Below, one piece after another: positions 10,338 through 19,625 of a stretch of 31,475 nt of DNA. Source of the stretch: an uncultured Actinomycetes bacterium (GTDB taxonomy: Bacteria > Actinomycetota > Actinomycetes > S36-B12); the NCBI GenBank assembly GCA_903848435.1, contig CAINGG010000200.1:1-31475 (forward strand), read 5' to 3'. A model generated the notes under the pieces. It was not told the origin of the DNA. It saw only the letters and a list, made by a program, of their open reading frames with translations, and ran no database searches. The number at the start of each line of letters is the position of its first letter. Within the stretch, counting starts at the first letter, position 1. Made by a program: the position numbers and the translations under genes.

Positions 10338-10453
10338 CCGGTCGCGCTCCGCAGCGACGACCGGGGGCCGCTTCGGTCATGCGGCCACGTCGATCACGGT
10401 GTCGGGCCGCCGTGGCAGCCCGGGCACCCTCGCCGAGGAGCGGGGAGAGCCTA
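10338..10453 (-). promoter_or_regulatory. rplY promoter (-10 TAGGCT at 10453-10448) and structured 5' leader with two hairpins (10436-10390; 10364-10338)
   Basis: Minus strand TCG-GCGAG-GGTG-CC-CGGGCTGC-CACG-GCGGCCCG-A-CACC-GTGAT-CGA folds into a stem with a purine-rich internal loop. A second stem CCGGTCG...CGACCGG precedes the RBS. Confidence 0.6.
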
Positions 10454-10461
10454 CCCGATGG

Positions 10462-11460
10462 CTACGGGGCCACCGACACCTGCTCGTCCACCTCGAACAT
10501 GCTCGTGACAGACCCGTCGGTGAACACCTCGTAGATGGCCTTGGCGAGAAGCGGGGCGATCGACAGGACGGTGAGCTTGTCGAACTGGTGCTCCAGGGGA
10601 ATCGGCAGGGTGTTGGTGACGACGACCTCGCTGACGCGTGAAGCAGCCAAGCGCTCGGCGGCGGGCGGGCTCAAGATTCCGTGCGTGGCTGCGACGATGA
10701 CATCGGCAGCGCCGTTGTCGAACAGGGTCTCGGAGGCCTTCACGATGGTGCCGCCGGTATCGATCATGTCGTCGACCACCACGCACACGCGATCCTTGAC
10801 ATCGCCCACCACCTCGAAGACACGCACCTCGTTGGGCGTATCAGGATCGCGGCGCTTGTGGATGATGGCCAGCGGCGCGCCGAGGATATCGGTCCACTTC
10901 TCGGCCACACGCACGCGCCCGGCATCAGGAGACACGACGGTGATGCGATCGCGGTCGACGCGCGAGGCGACGTGCTGGGCCAGCAACGGCAAGGCGAAAA
11001 GGTGATCGACGGGCCCGTCGAAGAAGCCCTGGATCTGCGAGGTGTGCAGGTCGACGGTGATGAGTCGATCGGCGCCCGCCGCCTTGAACAGGTCGGCCAT
11101 GAGACGGGCCGAGATGGGCTCGCGTCCTCGATGCTTCTTGTCCTGGCGCGAGTATCCGTAGAAGGGCGCGATCACCGTGATGCGCTTGGCCGACGCCCTC
11201 TTGAGGGCATCGACCATGATGAGCTGCTCCATGATCCAGGTGTTGATGGGCGTGGTGTGACTTTGGATGACGAAAGCGTCGCACCCACGCACCGACTCCT
11301 GGAACCGCACGAAGATCTCGCCGTTGGCAAAGTCGTAGGCGGACACCGGACACAGGTCGGTGCCCAGGTGGTCGGCCACCTCCATGCCCAACTCAGGGTG
11401 CGCGCGCCCGCTGAGGAGCACCAGTCGCTTGTTGGGCGGGACCGTGAGGTGACTGCTCAC
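10462..11460 (-). CDS. prs: Ribose-phosphate pyrophosphokinase
   Basis: [44 protein letters not shown]. Confidence 0.99.
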   Translation of the reverse strand: MSSHLTVPPNKRLVLLSGRAHPELGMEVADHLGTDLCPVSAYDFANGEIFVRFQESVRGCDAFVIQSHTTPINTWIMEQLIMVDALKRASAKRITVIAPFYGYSRQDKKHRGREPISARLMADLFKAAGADRLITVDLHTSQIQGFFDGPVDHLFALPLLAQHVASRVDRDRITVVSPDAGRVRVAEKWTDILGAPLAIIHKRRDPDTPNEVRVFEVVGDVKDRVCVVVDDMIDTGGTIVKASETLFDNGAADVIVAATHGILSPPAAERLAASRVSEVVVTNTLPIPLEHQFDKLTVLSIAPLLAKAIYEVFTDGSVTSMFEVDEQVSVAP

Positions 11461-12923
11461 CGATTCTCCTCTTCAACGGGTGGTGGTGATTCTGCCAAGG
11501 CTTCGGCTGCGGCGCGGGCAGAGTCCGAACCGGCGCGTCGCCGCTCGACCCAGCCCGGGATGGTGCGCTGGCGCGCGCGCCCGACCGCCATCGCCCCCGG
11601 GGGCACGTCGTCGGTCACGACCGAGCCGGCCGCGGTGTAGGCGCCATCGCCCACGGTGAGCGGGGCGATGAGCATGGTGTCGCTGCCGATGCGCACGTAG
11701 CGCCCCACCACCGTGGAGTGCTTCTCGACCCCGTCGTAGTTCACGAAGACCGTCGCAGCGCCGATATTGGTGCCCTCCCCGATCTCGGCATCGCCGACGT
11801 ACGACAGATGGGGCACCTTCGCACCATCGCCCAGCGAGGAGTTCTTCATCTCGACGTAAGCGCCGACCTTGGCTCCCGCACCGATGCGCGTGCCAGGCCG
11901 CAGGTAGGAGTAGGGACCGATCGAGGCACCCGGGCCAATGACAGCCAGGTCGGCCCAGGTGTGCCGGACGTCGGCGTCGGATCCGACCTCGCAAGCACTG
12001 AGCGTCGTGCCCGGGCCAATGCGCGCGCCCGACGCGACAGACGTCGGACCGAGCAGCGATGTCTGCGGCAGGAGGGTGACGTCGGGCGCCAGGTCGACGT
12101 CGACATCGATCCAGGTGGATGCGGGATCGAGTATCGAGACGCCGTCGAGCATCCAGCGCCGGTTTATCCGGTCGCGCATCAACGCGGCCGCCTCCGCCAG
12201 CTGGACCCGGTCGTTGACGCCCAGAATCTCGTCGGAGTCCGGGACGCGGAGCGCGGCGACGGGGCGCCCCGCTTCGCGCATGAGCCCGATGACGTCGGTG
12301 AGGTACTCCTCGCCCTGGTCGTTGGCCGTCGTGAGGCGGCCCAGGGCGGGCAGGAGGTCGGCCGGATCGAAGGCGTACATCCCCGCGTTGATCTCGTCGA
12401 TGGCCCGGGTGGCCTCGTCGGCGTCACGATGCTCGACGATGCGATCGACCCAGCCGTCGCGATCGCGCACGACCCGCCCATAGCCATCGGGCTCGATCAC
12501 TGTCGCGCTCAGCAGCGTCGCCGCCGCCCCATCGTCACGATGTCGCGCGAGCAGCTCGTTCACCGTGCCTCCGGTGAGCAGCGGCGTATCGCCACTGAGA
12601 ACGATGATGGGTCCGTCGCCGAGTGCGCCCGCCGCGGCCAGTGCCTCGACCGCGAGGCGCACGGCATGACCGGTGCCGTGCTGCTCGGCCTGGACGACCG
12701 TGTCTGCCCACGGGGCGATCTCATCGAGGTGCGCGACGACCTCATCGCGTCCGTGCCCGACGACGACCATGAGGTGCGCAGGCTCGATCGCCGCGGCTGC
12801 TTCGAGCACATGCCCGACCAGACTGCGACCGGCGATGCGATGGAGGACCTTGGGCGTCGCCGACTTCATGCGCTTGCCCTCGCCCGCCGCGAGGACGATG
12901 ACGACGGGGGCTGCCGAGGTCAC
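11457..12923 (-). CDS. glmU: Bifunctional UDP-GlcNAc pyrophosphorylase / GlcN-1-P acetyltransferase (488 aa; start corrected to GTG 12923)
   Basis: [40 protein letters not shown], hexapeptide repeats, [12 protein letters not shown]; GGAGG RBS upstream; -10-like TAGTGT at 12979-12974. Confidence 0.99.
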   Translation of the reverse strand: MTSAAPVVIVLAAGEGKRMKSATPKVLHRIAGRSLVGHVLEAAAAIEPAHLMVVVGHGRDEVVAHLDEIAPWADTVVQAEQHGTGHAVRLAVEALAAAGALGDGPIIVLSGDTPLLTGGTVNELLARHRDDGAAATLLSATVIEPDGYGRVVRDRDGWVDRIVEHRDADEATRAIDEINAGMYAFDPADLLPALGRLTTANDQGEEYLTDVIGLMREAGRPVAALRVPDSDEILGVNDRVQLAEAAALMRDRINRRWMLDGVSILDPASTWIDVDVDLAPDVTLLPQTSLLGPTSVASGARIGPGTTLSACEVGSDADVRHTWADLAVIGPGASIGPYSYLRPGTRIGAGAKVGAYVEMKNSSLGDGAKVPHLSYVGDAEIGEGTNIGAATVFVNYDGVEKHSTVVGRYVRIGSDTMLIAPLTVGDGAYTAAGSVVTDDVPPGAMAVGRARQRTIPGWVERRRAGSDSARAAAEALAESPPPVEEENR

Positions 12924-12996
12924 CGCGCACGCACCTCCGGAGGGGCCGACCGGGAAGGGCGGCCGTCGTCGGAACACTATCGCCGCTGGCGCGCTG

Positions 12997-13067
12997 CTCC
13001 CGGCGGAGGAGTCGAACCCCCATTCAGAGATCCAAAGTCTCTTGTCCTGCCATTGGACGAGCCGGGA
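12997..13067 (-). tRNA. tRNA-Gln (anticodon TTG), CCA not encoded
   Basis: TCCCGGC-TC-GTCC-AATGGCA-GGAC-A-AGAGA-CT-TTG-GA-TCTCT-GAAT-GGGGG-TTCGACT-CCTCC-GCCGGGA-G; complete 71-nt cloverleaf in the usual position upstream of glmU. Confidence 0.97.
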
Positions 13068-13153
13068 CCGTCGCGCGCGGGCGGGCCCGTGGGAGCGACG
13101 GGGGAAGTCTCCCAGGGGTCGCCCCGGCCCCTCGCGAGCAGGGGGCTGGACAC

Positions 13154-13186
13154 CCTACGGACCCGTAAGTTACGGTTGCGTAGGTT
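13154..13186 (+). promoter_or_regulatory. 31-bp double-palindrome operator overlapping -10 (TAGGTT, 13181-13186) of the desaturase gene
   Basis: CCTACG-GAC-CCGTAA-G-TTACGG-TTG-CGTAGG; both the outer and inner 6-bp arm pairs are perfect inverted repeats. Confidence 0.7.
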
Positions 13187-13211
13187 ACTGCCGATCCCTC
13201 AAGGAGGACTC

Positions 13212-14204
13212 GTGACCTTGGCCCCCGTGGACCGCCCGGCTCCGAAGCGCCCCGTCACCGAGCCCATGGCCCGAGGCATGCGCACGACCATCGGGCTCTT
13301 CGTCGTGGTCCCGCTCGTCGCCGTGGTGCTGGCGATCCCCGTCGCCTGGGGCGGGTGGCTGGGCTGGACCGATGTGGTCCTGGCCCTCGTGTTCTACGTC
13401 ATCGCCGCCGGCGGCATCACCGTCGGATTCCACCGGCACTTCACCCACGGGTCCTTCAAGGCGCCAACCTGGGTCTCGGTCTCCCTCGCGATTGCCGGGT
13501 CGACCGCGGTGCAAGGCTCGCTCGAGCAGTGGGTAGCCGATCATCGACGTCACCACGCCCGCAGCGACGAGGAAGGCGATCCGCACAGTCCCTGGCGCTT
13601 CGGAACGTCGAAGCGCGCGGTCGCGAAGGGCCTGGTCTTCGCGCATGTCGGCTGGCTCTTCGACGGCCAGCAGAGCTCGATCGAGCGCTATGCACCCGAC
13701 ATTCATGCCCATGCAGCACTTCGCCCGGTATCTCGCCATTTCCCCTGGATCGTCGCGGCGACGATCCTGCTGCCGGCGGTGCTGGGCGGGCTGATCACCT
13801 GGTCATGGGCGGGCGCGCTCACCGCGCTGTTCTGGGCCGGCCTGGTGCGCATCGCGCTGGTGCACCATGTGACCTGGTCGATCAACTCGATCTGCCACGT
13901 CTTCGGCCAGCGGCCCTTCGTCACACGCGATCGGTCCACCAACAATCGCTGGCTCGCGCTGCCGTCGCTGGGTGAGTCGTGGCACAACCTGCACCACGCT
14001 GAGCCCACGGCAGCCCGCCACGGGGTCCTCCGCGGCCAGGTCGACCTCAGCGCCCTCGCCATCCGCACGATGGAACGTCTCGGGATGGCGCGCGACGTGC
14101 GCTGGCCGAGTCCGGCACGTCTGGCCGCCAAGCTCCAGGACCCCGCGATGCGTCGTCGCCTTCGCGGCTGGAAGGAGCCCGAGCCGGCCGCCGAGCTTTC
14201 GTAG
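13212..14204 (+). CDS. Membrane acyl-CoA (delta-9 type) fatty-acid desaturase (330 aa; start GTG 13212)
   Basis: Three His boxes HRHFTH, HRRHH and HNLHH, GDPHSP, TM segments; AAGGAGG RBS at 13201-13207. Confidence 0.95.
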   Translation: MTLAPVDRPAPKRPVTEPMARGMRTTIGLFVVVPLVAVVLAIPVAWGGWLGWTDVVLALVFYVIAAGGITVGFHRHFTHGSFKAPTWVSVSLAIAGSTAVQGSLEQWVADHRRHHARSDEEGDPHSPWRFGTSKRAVAKGLVFAHVGWLFDGQQSSIERYAPDIHAHAALRPVSRHFPWIVAATILLPAVLGGLITWSWAGALTALFWAGLVRIALVHHVTWSINSICHVFGQRPFVTRDRSTNNRWLALPSLGESWHNLHHAEPTAARHGVLRGQVDLSALAIRTMERLGMARDVRWPSPARLAAKLQDPAMRRRLRGWKEPEPAAELS

Positions 14205-14211
14205 GCACGCC

Positions 14212-14808
14212 ATGCGGATGTCCGGGCGCGAGCGCCGCGAGCAACTCATCGATATCGGTCGCACTCTCTTTGCCGAGAAGGGCTTCGAGGCCGTGAGCGT
14301 CGAGGAGATCTCCGCGAAGGCCGAGGTGTCGAAGCCTGTCGTCTACGAGCACTTCGGCGGCAAGGAGGGTCTCTACGCCGTCGTGGTCGACCGCGAGATG
14401 AATCACCTGCTGACGATGATCAGTGGTGCCCTGCAGGGATCGCATCCGCGACAGCTTCTCGAGCAGGCTGGTCTCGCGCTCTTCGACTACATCGAGGGCA
14501 ATCCTGACGGATTCCGGATCCTCGTGCGTGACTCGCCCGTCTCGCAGCAGACCGGATCCTTCGCCAGCCTGCTCGCCGACATCGCGGCTCAGGTGGAGCA
14601 CCTGCTGGCCGACCAGTTCGCCGCGCACCGCATCCCGACGCGGTTGGCACCGATGTATTCGCAGATGCTCGTGGGCATGACAGCACAGGCCGGCCAGTGG
14701 TGGCTCGATGTGCGCAAGCCTCGCAAGGAGGAGGTCGTGGCCCACCTGGTGAACCTGGCCTGGAACGGACTGGCCCACCTCGACCCCAAGCCCCGAGCCC
14801 CGCGCTGA
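14212..14808 (+). CDS. TetR/AcrR family regulator (Rv1019-like; 198 aa; start ATG 14212)
   Basis: RMSGRERREQLIDIGRTLFAEKGFEAVSVEEISAKAEVSKPVVYEHFGGKEGLY HTH; C-terminal HLVNLAWNGL. Confidence 0.95.
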   Translation: MRMSGRERREQLIDIGRTLFAEKGFEAVSVEEISAKAEVSKPVVYEHFGGKEGLYAVVVDREMNHLLTMISGALQGSHPRQLLEQAGLALFDYIEGNPDGFRILVRDSPVSQQTGSFASLLADIAAQVEHLLADQFAAHRIPTRLAPMYSQMLVGMTAQAGQWWLDVRKPRKEEVVAHLVNLAWNGLAHLDPKPRAPR

Positions 14809-14819
14809 CGATCTCTCCG

Positions 14820-14875
14820 TCGTCGAGAATCTTGATCGTCGAGAATCTTGATCGTCGAGAATCTTGGCGTCGAGA
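14820..14875. repeat. Tandem direct repeat CGTCGAGAATCTTGAT x2 + CGTCGAGAATCTTGG + CGTCGAGA; junctions form TCTTGA-Nx-TCGAGA palindromes
   Basis: Read directly: units at 14821-14836, 14837-14852, 14853-14867, partial 14868-14875; no unique spacers. Confidence 0.95.
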
Positions 14876-14894
14876 GATCGCCTAGGCTGGTCGC

Positions 14895-15428
14895 GTGAGC
14901 ACGGATGCCATCCACGGGGCCGACACCGTTGACGGCATCGTGCACGCCTGGCGTCGCGAGCGCCCCGACCTCGACGTCGCCCCCCTGGAGGTCCTCTCCC
15001 GGGTGACGCGACTAGCCCGACACCTCGACCTCGCGCGCCGCGAGGCCTTCGCCCGCCATGGGCTGGAAGCCGGGGAATTCGACGTGCTCGCCGCGCTGCG
15101 TCGCAGTGGAGCGCCCTACGAGATGTCCCCCGGGCAGCTGGGCGCGCAGACGCTCGTCACGAGCGGCACGACCACCAACCGCATCGATCGACTCGAGACC
15201 GCTGGACTCGTCGAGCGACTCCCCGATGCCGCCGACCGACGCAGCATCCGCGTGCGCCTGACGACGTCCGGCCGCCAGCGCGTCGACGCGGCACTCACCG
15301 ACCTGCTCGAGAGCGAGCGCCACCTGCTGGCCGCTTTGCGCCCTGCCGATCGAGAGCACCTCGCCGCACTGCTCAAGGCGCTCGTCATGCCCTTCGACGT
15401 CGACGAGGCCAACGCCATCACGCGATGA
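14895..15428 (+). CDS. tamR: MarR family regulator, TamR/UrtR-like; probably leaderless (-10 TAGGCT 14883-14888)
   Basis: VDGIVHAWRRERPDLDVAPLEVLSRVTRLARHLD, EFDVLAALRRSGAPY, SPGQL, TSGTTTNRIDRLE closely match Streptomyces TamR as I recall it. Confidence 0.85.
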   Translation: MSTDAIHGADTVDGIVHAWRRERPDLDVAPLEVLSRVTRLARHLDLARREAFARHGLEAGEFDVLAALRRSGAPYEMSPGQLGAQTLVTSGTTTNRIDRLETAGLVERLPDAADRRSIRVRLTTSGRQRVDAALTDLLESERHLLAALRPADREHLAALLKALVMPFDVDEANAITR

Positions 15429-16329
15429 CGCGGGCTCCGTCCACCGGGCCCGCGGCGTGGCGCACCGCGCGCACGAGTCCCGTCGTGGTCAGCCCGACGG
15501 CGATGTCGAGCGCGTGCTCGCGATCACGAGCGAGGAAGACGCAGGTAGGCCCGCTGCCCGAGACGATTCCCCCAAGGGCCCCGAGGTCCGCGCCCGCCTC
15601 GAGCAATCGCGCGAGCTCGGGGCGCAGGGAGACCGCGGCAGCCTGCAGGTCATTGCTCAGCGCTCGGCCGAGCGCACGCGCATCGCCGATGCGCAGGGCG
15701 CGCAGGAGCGCATCGTCAGCGGCGGGCTCGGCGACGTCCAGGTCAGCGCGGAGCCGGTCGAGCTCGGCGTAGACCTGCGGCGTCGGCAGCCCCATATCGC
15801 TCACCGCAATCACCCAGTGAAACTCCCCCTGCGCCAGGACGGGGGTGAGGATCTCGCCGCGACCGGTGCCGATCATCGTTCCGCCCTCGATCAGGAAGGC
15901 GACGTCCGATCCGAGGTCGGCAGCGAGGGCGTGCAGGTCCCCCGCACTGAGCGTGCCGGGCCACAGGGCTGCGCAGCCGACGAGCACGGCCGCGGCATCG
16001 GCGCTCCCTCCCGCCATGCCGCCCGCGACCGGGATCGCCTTGGTGATCGCGATCTCGACATCGGCCGAGCGACCGGCCCGTTGCGCGGCGAGCTTGGCGG
16101 CACGCACGGCGATGTTGTCGGCGCCAGAGGGCAGCGAATCCGCGCCCTCGCCGAGGATCCGCACGGTGACGCCGGCGCCGGGCTCTGCCTGGGTGATCGT
16201 CACCTCGTCATGCAGGCCCACGGCATGGAAGACGGTGAACAGGTGGTGGTACCCATCCGGGCGCAGGGGACCCACGGCCAGCCGCAGGTTGACCTTGGCG
16301 GGGACCCTCACCCGGATGGCGTCGTTCAC
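15418..16329 (-). CDS. ispE: 4-(cytidine 5'-diphospho)-2-C-methyl-D-erythritol kinase
   Basis: PAKVNL, IPVAGGMAGGSADAAA, LGSDVAF, VSGSGPT; overlaps tamR convergently by 11 bp. Confidence 0.97.
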   Translation of the reverse strand: MNDAIRVRVPAKVNLRLAVGPLRPDGYHHLFTVFHAVGLHDEVTITQAEPGAGVTVRILGEGADSLPSGADNIAVRAAKLAAQRAGRSADVEIAITKAIPVAGGMAGGSADAAAVLVGCAALWPGTLSAGDLHALAADLGSDVAFLIEGGTMIGTGRGEILTPVLAQGEFHWVIAVSDMGLPTPQVYAELDRLRADLDVAEPAADDALLRALRIGDARALGRALSNDLQAAAVSLRPELARLLEAGADLGALGGIVSGSGPTCVFLARDREHALDIAVGLTTTGLVRAVRHAAGPVDGARVIA

Positions 16330-16338
16330 GTCCCGACC

Positions 16339-17184
16339 CTAGACGGGCCGCGCGCTGGCGATTCGCGCGAAGGCCGCCACGTCGATCGACTCGCCGCGTG
16401 CCGATGGATCGACCCCGGCCAGCAGGAGCCGGCGCTCGGCCTCGGCGGGCGACCCGGCCCAGCCGGCGAGGGCAGCCCGGAGCGTCTTGCGACGCTGGGC
16501 GAACGCCGCGTCCACGCACGCGAAGACGTCGGCGCGCGAGACGCCCGATGCTGGCGGCGTGCGACGGCGGAACGCCACCAGGCCCGAGTCGACGTGCGGC
16601 GCCGGCCAGAACACGCTGGGCGGCACCGAGCCGACGCGTTCGGCACCGGCGTACCACGCGAGCTTGACCGAGGGGACGCCGTAGACACGACTTCCTGGCG
16701 GCGCGACGAGTCGATCGGCCACCTCAGCTTGAACCATCACCAGCCCAGCCTCGATGCTCGTGAAGGCCTCGAGCAGGTGCAGGACGATGGGCACCGCGAC
16801 GTTGTAGGGCAGGTTGGCCACGAGAGACGTGGGCGCGACCGGCAGATCGCGCACGGCCATGGCGTCGCCGGTGATGACGGACAGTCGGGACGCGGCTTCG
16901 GGCAGGTAATGCTCGACCGTGAGCGGCAGGGCCTCAGCGAGCACCGGGTCGATCTCCACGGCGACGACCTCCGCACCGGCTGCCAGCAGGCCGAGCGTGA
17001 GACTGCCGAGGCCGGGTCCCACCTCCAGGACCACGTCGCCCGGACCGACATCGGCCAGGCGCACGATGCGCCGCACGGTGTTGGCATCGATGACGAAGTT
17101 CTGGCCGCGCTGCTTGGTGGGCCGCACCCCCCACCGATCAGCGATCTCGCGGACATCGGATGCGCCCAGAAGCCGGTCGGTCAT
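16339..17184 (-). CDS. rsmA: 16S rRNA m6,2A1518/1519 dimethyltransferase (281 aa; start corrected to ATG 17184)
   Basis: [58 protein letters not shown]. Confidence 0.98.
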   Translation of the reverse strand: MTDRLLGASDVREIADRWGVRPTKQRGQNFVIDANTVRRIVRLADVGPGDVVLEVGPGLGSLTLGLLAAGAEVVAVEIDPVLAEALPLTVEHYLPEAASRLSVITGDAMAVRDLPVAPTSLVANLPYNVAVPIVLHLLEAFTSIEAGLVMVQAEVADRLVAPPGSRVYGVPSVKLAWYAGAERVGSVPPSVFWPAPHVDSGLVAFRRRTPPASGVSRADVFACVDAAFAQRRKTLRAALAGWAGSPAEAERRLLLAGVDPSARGESIDVAAFARIASARPV

Positions 17185-17188
17185 GGCG

Positions 17189-18034
17189 CTACAGCGGCCC
17201 GAAGGCGCGCTGGGAGTTGGCCCACAGGTCGTCACAGAGCTGCTCGACAGGCTCCCCGCGAACATCCGCCATCGCGCGCACGGTGTGCGGAATGAGATAG
17301 GACGCGTTGACCGCGCCGCGATGCGGGGCTGGCGTGAGATAGGGCGCATCGGTCTCGACCAGGATGGCCTCTCGCGGGAGTACGCGCAGGGCCTCGCGCA
17401 GGTCGTCGGCGTTCTTGTAGGTCACGACGCCCGCGAAGGAGCACAGCCAGCCGCGATCAGAGCAGTGCACGGCCATGGCGGCATCGCCGGAGAAGCAATG
17501 GAAGACGACGCGCGCGGGCGCACCCTCCTCGTCGAGGATCCGAAGGATGTCGGCGTGCGCGTCGCGATCATGGATGACCAGCGTCCGATCGAGTCGCTTG
17601 GCCATGTCGATGTGGCGCCGGAAGGACTCGTGCTGGAGGGCGCGCGCGTCGTCATCGCGGGTGCGGTAGTAGTCGAGTCCGGTCTCGCCCACGGCGCGTA
17701 CCGATGACCGGCCAGCGAGCGCCTCGATCGCGGCATAGGCAGCATCGAGCCCGGCCCTGCCGTCGCGCTCGGCGATGCGCGGCACGTCGTTGGGGTGCAG
17801 GGCCACGGCAGCGACGACATCGGGGTGCGTGTCGGCGAAGTCCGCCGCCCACTGCGACGATGCGACGTCGCAGCCCACCTGGACGACGCGCGTGATGCCG
17901 GCATCGCGTGCGAGCGCGAGCGCCTCGTCGGGGCCGGGGCCTTCACCCAGGTGGCGATCGACGACATCGAGGTGGCAGTGCGTGTCGACGACCGGCCTGG
18001 GGAGCGGTTCCGCGACAGGCGGGCGCTCCCTCAC
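17189..18034 (-). CDS. tatD: TatD family nuclease (281 aa; start corrected to GTG 18034)
   Basis: [35 protein letters not shown]; GTG overlaps the metG TGA. Confidence 0.96.
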   Translation of the reverse strand: MRERPPVAEPLPRPVVDTHCHLDVVDRHLGEGPGPDEALALARDAGITRVVQVGCDVASSQWAADFADTHPDVVAAVALHPNDVPRIAERDGRAGLDAAYAAIEALAGRSSVRAVGETGLDYYRTRDDDARALQHESFRRHIDMAKRLDRTLVIHDRDAHADILRILDEEGAPARVVFHCFSGDAAMAVHCSDRGWLCSFAGVVTYKNADDLREALRVLPREAILVETDAPYLTPAPHRGAVNASYLIPHTVRAMADVRGEPVEQLCDDLWANSQRAFGPL

Positions 18035-19614
18035 TCGGTTGACTCCTCGATCCTGGGGAAGAGGATCGCGCCCTTCGACACGCTCGTGCCCGGTGGGAGC
18101 TGCCCCCACCGGCTGACGTCGGCGATGCGCTGGTCCGCGATGGGGCCCAGCGCAACGGCGGCGCCCAACTGATCCCACAGCGCGCTCATGGCGCGTGGCA
18201 TGACGGCGTTGTAGAGGACGGCAATGGCGCGCAGCGACTCGCACACGGTGTAGAGGACGGTGTCGAGGCGCTCGGCGTTGGCCGGCTCCTTGGCCAGGAC
18301 CCACGGCTCCTGCTCGGTCACGTAGAGATTGACCGCATCGACGAAGCGACGCACGGCGCTGATTCCCGCGGCGAAGTCCAGCGCCCCCATCGCCTGGTCC
18401 GCCTCGGCCGTCACCACGGAGAGCATCGCGTGCAGCGCGTCCTCGGCCGCAGTGGCGGGACCCGACTCCGGGAGCACCCCGCTCCGGTACCTCTGCACCA
18501 TGGCGGTCGCTCGCGAGGCGAGGTTGCCCAGCCCGTTGGCGAGCTCGGAGGTGTAGCGCGCGGACATGTCCTCCCAGGAGAAGGACCCGTCCTGGCCGAA
18601 CTGGATGGCGCGCATGAAGTAGTAGCGGAAGGCGTCGGACCCGAAGACATCGATGATCTGGGACGGGGCGATGCCGGTCAGCCGCGTCTTGCTCATCTTC
18701 TCGCCGCCGACAAGGAGCCAGCCGTGCGCAAAAACACAGCGGGGCAGCTCGAGCCCCGCGGCCATGAGCATCGCGGGCCAGTAGACGGCATGGAAACGCA
18801 GGATGTCCTTGCCCACCAACTGGACCTGCGCGGGCCAGGTGTCGGCGAAGAAGCGTCCCTCGTCGGAATCGGGAGCCGCGCCGTAGCCAATGGCGGTGAT
18901 GTAGTTGAGCAGGGCGTCGAACCAGACGTAGACGACCTGGCGCTCATCCCAGGGCAGGCCGATACCCCACGAGACGCTCGATCGCGACATGGAGATGTCG
19001 ACGAGTCCGCCGCGCAGGAAGCTCATGACTTCGTTGTAGGCACTTGCCGGCTGCACGGCGTCGGGATCGCGCTCGTAGTGCTCGATGAGCGCGTCCGTGA
19101 ACGCCGACAGGCGGAAGAACCAGTTCTGCTCCTTGAGCATCTCGACCGGTCGTCCGTGCACCGGGCAGAGCGGCGCGCCACCGTCCTCGGCCTCGACGAG
19201 ATCGCCGGCCAGCTTGAACTCCTCGCAACCGACGCAGTAGGGGCCTTCGTAGTCGGCCTCGTAGACGTAGCCGTTGTCTCGGACCACCTCCCAGAAGTGC
19301 TGCACGCGCTCCTTGTGCCGCGGCTCGGTCGTGCGGATGAAGTCGTCGTTAGCCGCGTCGATCGTGGCCAGCACCGGCTTCCAGGCCGTCTCGACGAGGC
19401 GGTCGACCCATGCCTGCGGCGTCACGGCGCCCGACTCGGCGGCCCGCTGGACCTTGGTGCCGTGCTCGTCAACCCCGGTGAGGTACCACACGCTCTCACC
19501 GCGCTGGCGATGCCAGCGAGTCAGGACATCGCCGGCGACCGTCGTGTAGGAGTGGCCGATGTGGGGGGCGTCATTGACGTAGTAGATCGGCGTCGTGACG
19601 TAGAAGTCGGCCAT
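18031..19614 (-). CDS. metG: Methionine--tRNA ligase (527 aa, no C-terminal OB domain)
   Basis: TTPIYYVNDAPHIGH, CVGCE...CPVH knuckle, YVWFDALLNY, GKDILRFH, KMSKT. Confidence 0.99.
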   Translation of the reverse strand: MADFYVTTPIYYVNDAPHIGHSYTTVAGDVLTRWHRQRGESVWYLTGVDEHGTKVQRAAESGAVTPQAWVDRLVETAWKPVLATIDAANDDFIRTTEPRHKERVQHFWEVVRDNGYVYEADYEGPYCVGCEEFKLAGDLVEAEDGGAPLCPVHGRPVEMLKEQNWFFRLSAFTDALIEHYERDPDAVQPASAYNEVMSFLRGGLVDISMSRSSVSWGIGLPWDERQVVYVWFDALLNYITAIGYGAAPDSDEGRFFADTWPAQVQLVGKDILRFHAVYWPAMLMAAGLELPRCVFAHGWLLVGGEKMSKTRLTGIAPSQIIDVFGSDAFRYYFMRAIQFGQDGSFSWEDMSARYTSELANGLGNLASRATAMVQRYRSGVLPESGPATAAEDALHAMLSVVTAEADQAMGALDFAAGISAVRRFVDAVNLYVTEQEPWVLAKEPANAERLDTVLYTVCESLRAIAVLYNAVMPRAMSALWDQLGAAVALGPIADQRIADVSRWGQLPPGTSVSKGAILFPRIEESTE

Positions 19615-19625
19615 GGTGCGCGATC

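Noticed and set aside
11718-14204. 828-aa plus-strand ORF and other long ORFs antisense to core genes (e.g. 3637-5208, 15457-17295, 8543-9592, 24634-25839)
   Set aside because: Shadow ORFs expected in high-GC DNA; no recognisable motifs. The 828-aa ORF is an antisense read of glmU fused in-frame to the real desaturase, which starts at 13212.
14820-14875. Tandem repeat as a mini-CRISPR array
   Set aside because: Units are 16 bp, directly adjacent with no unique spacers, and there are no cas genes in the window.
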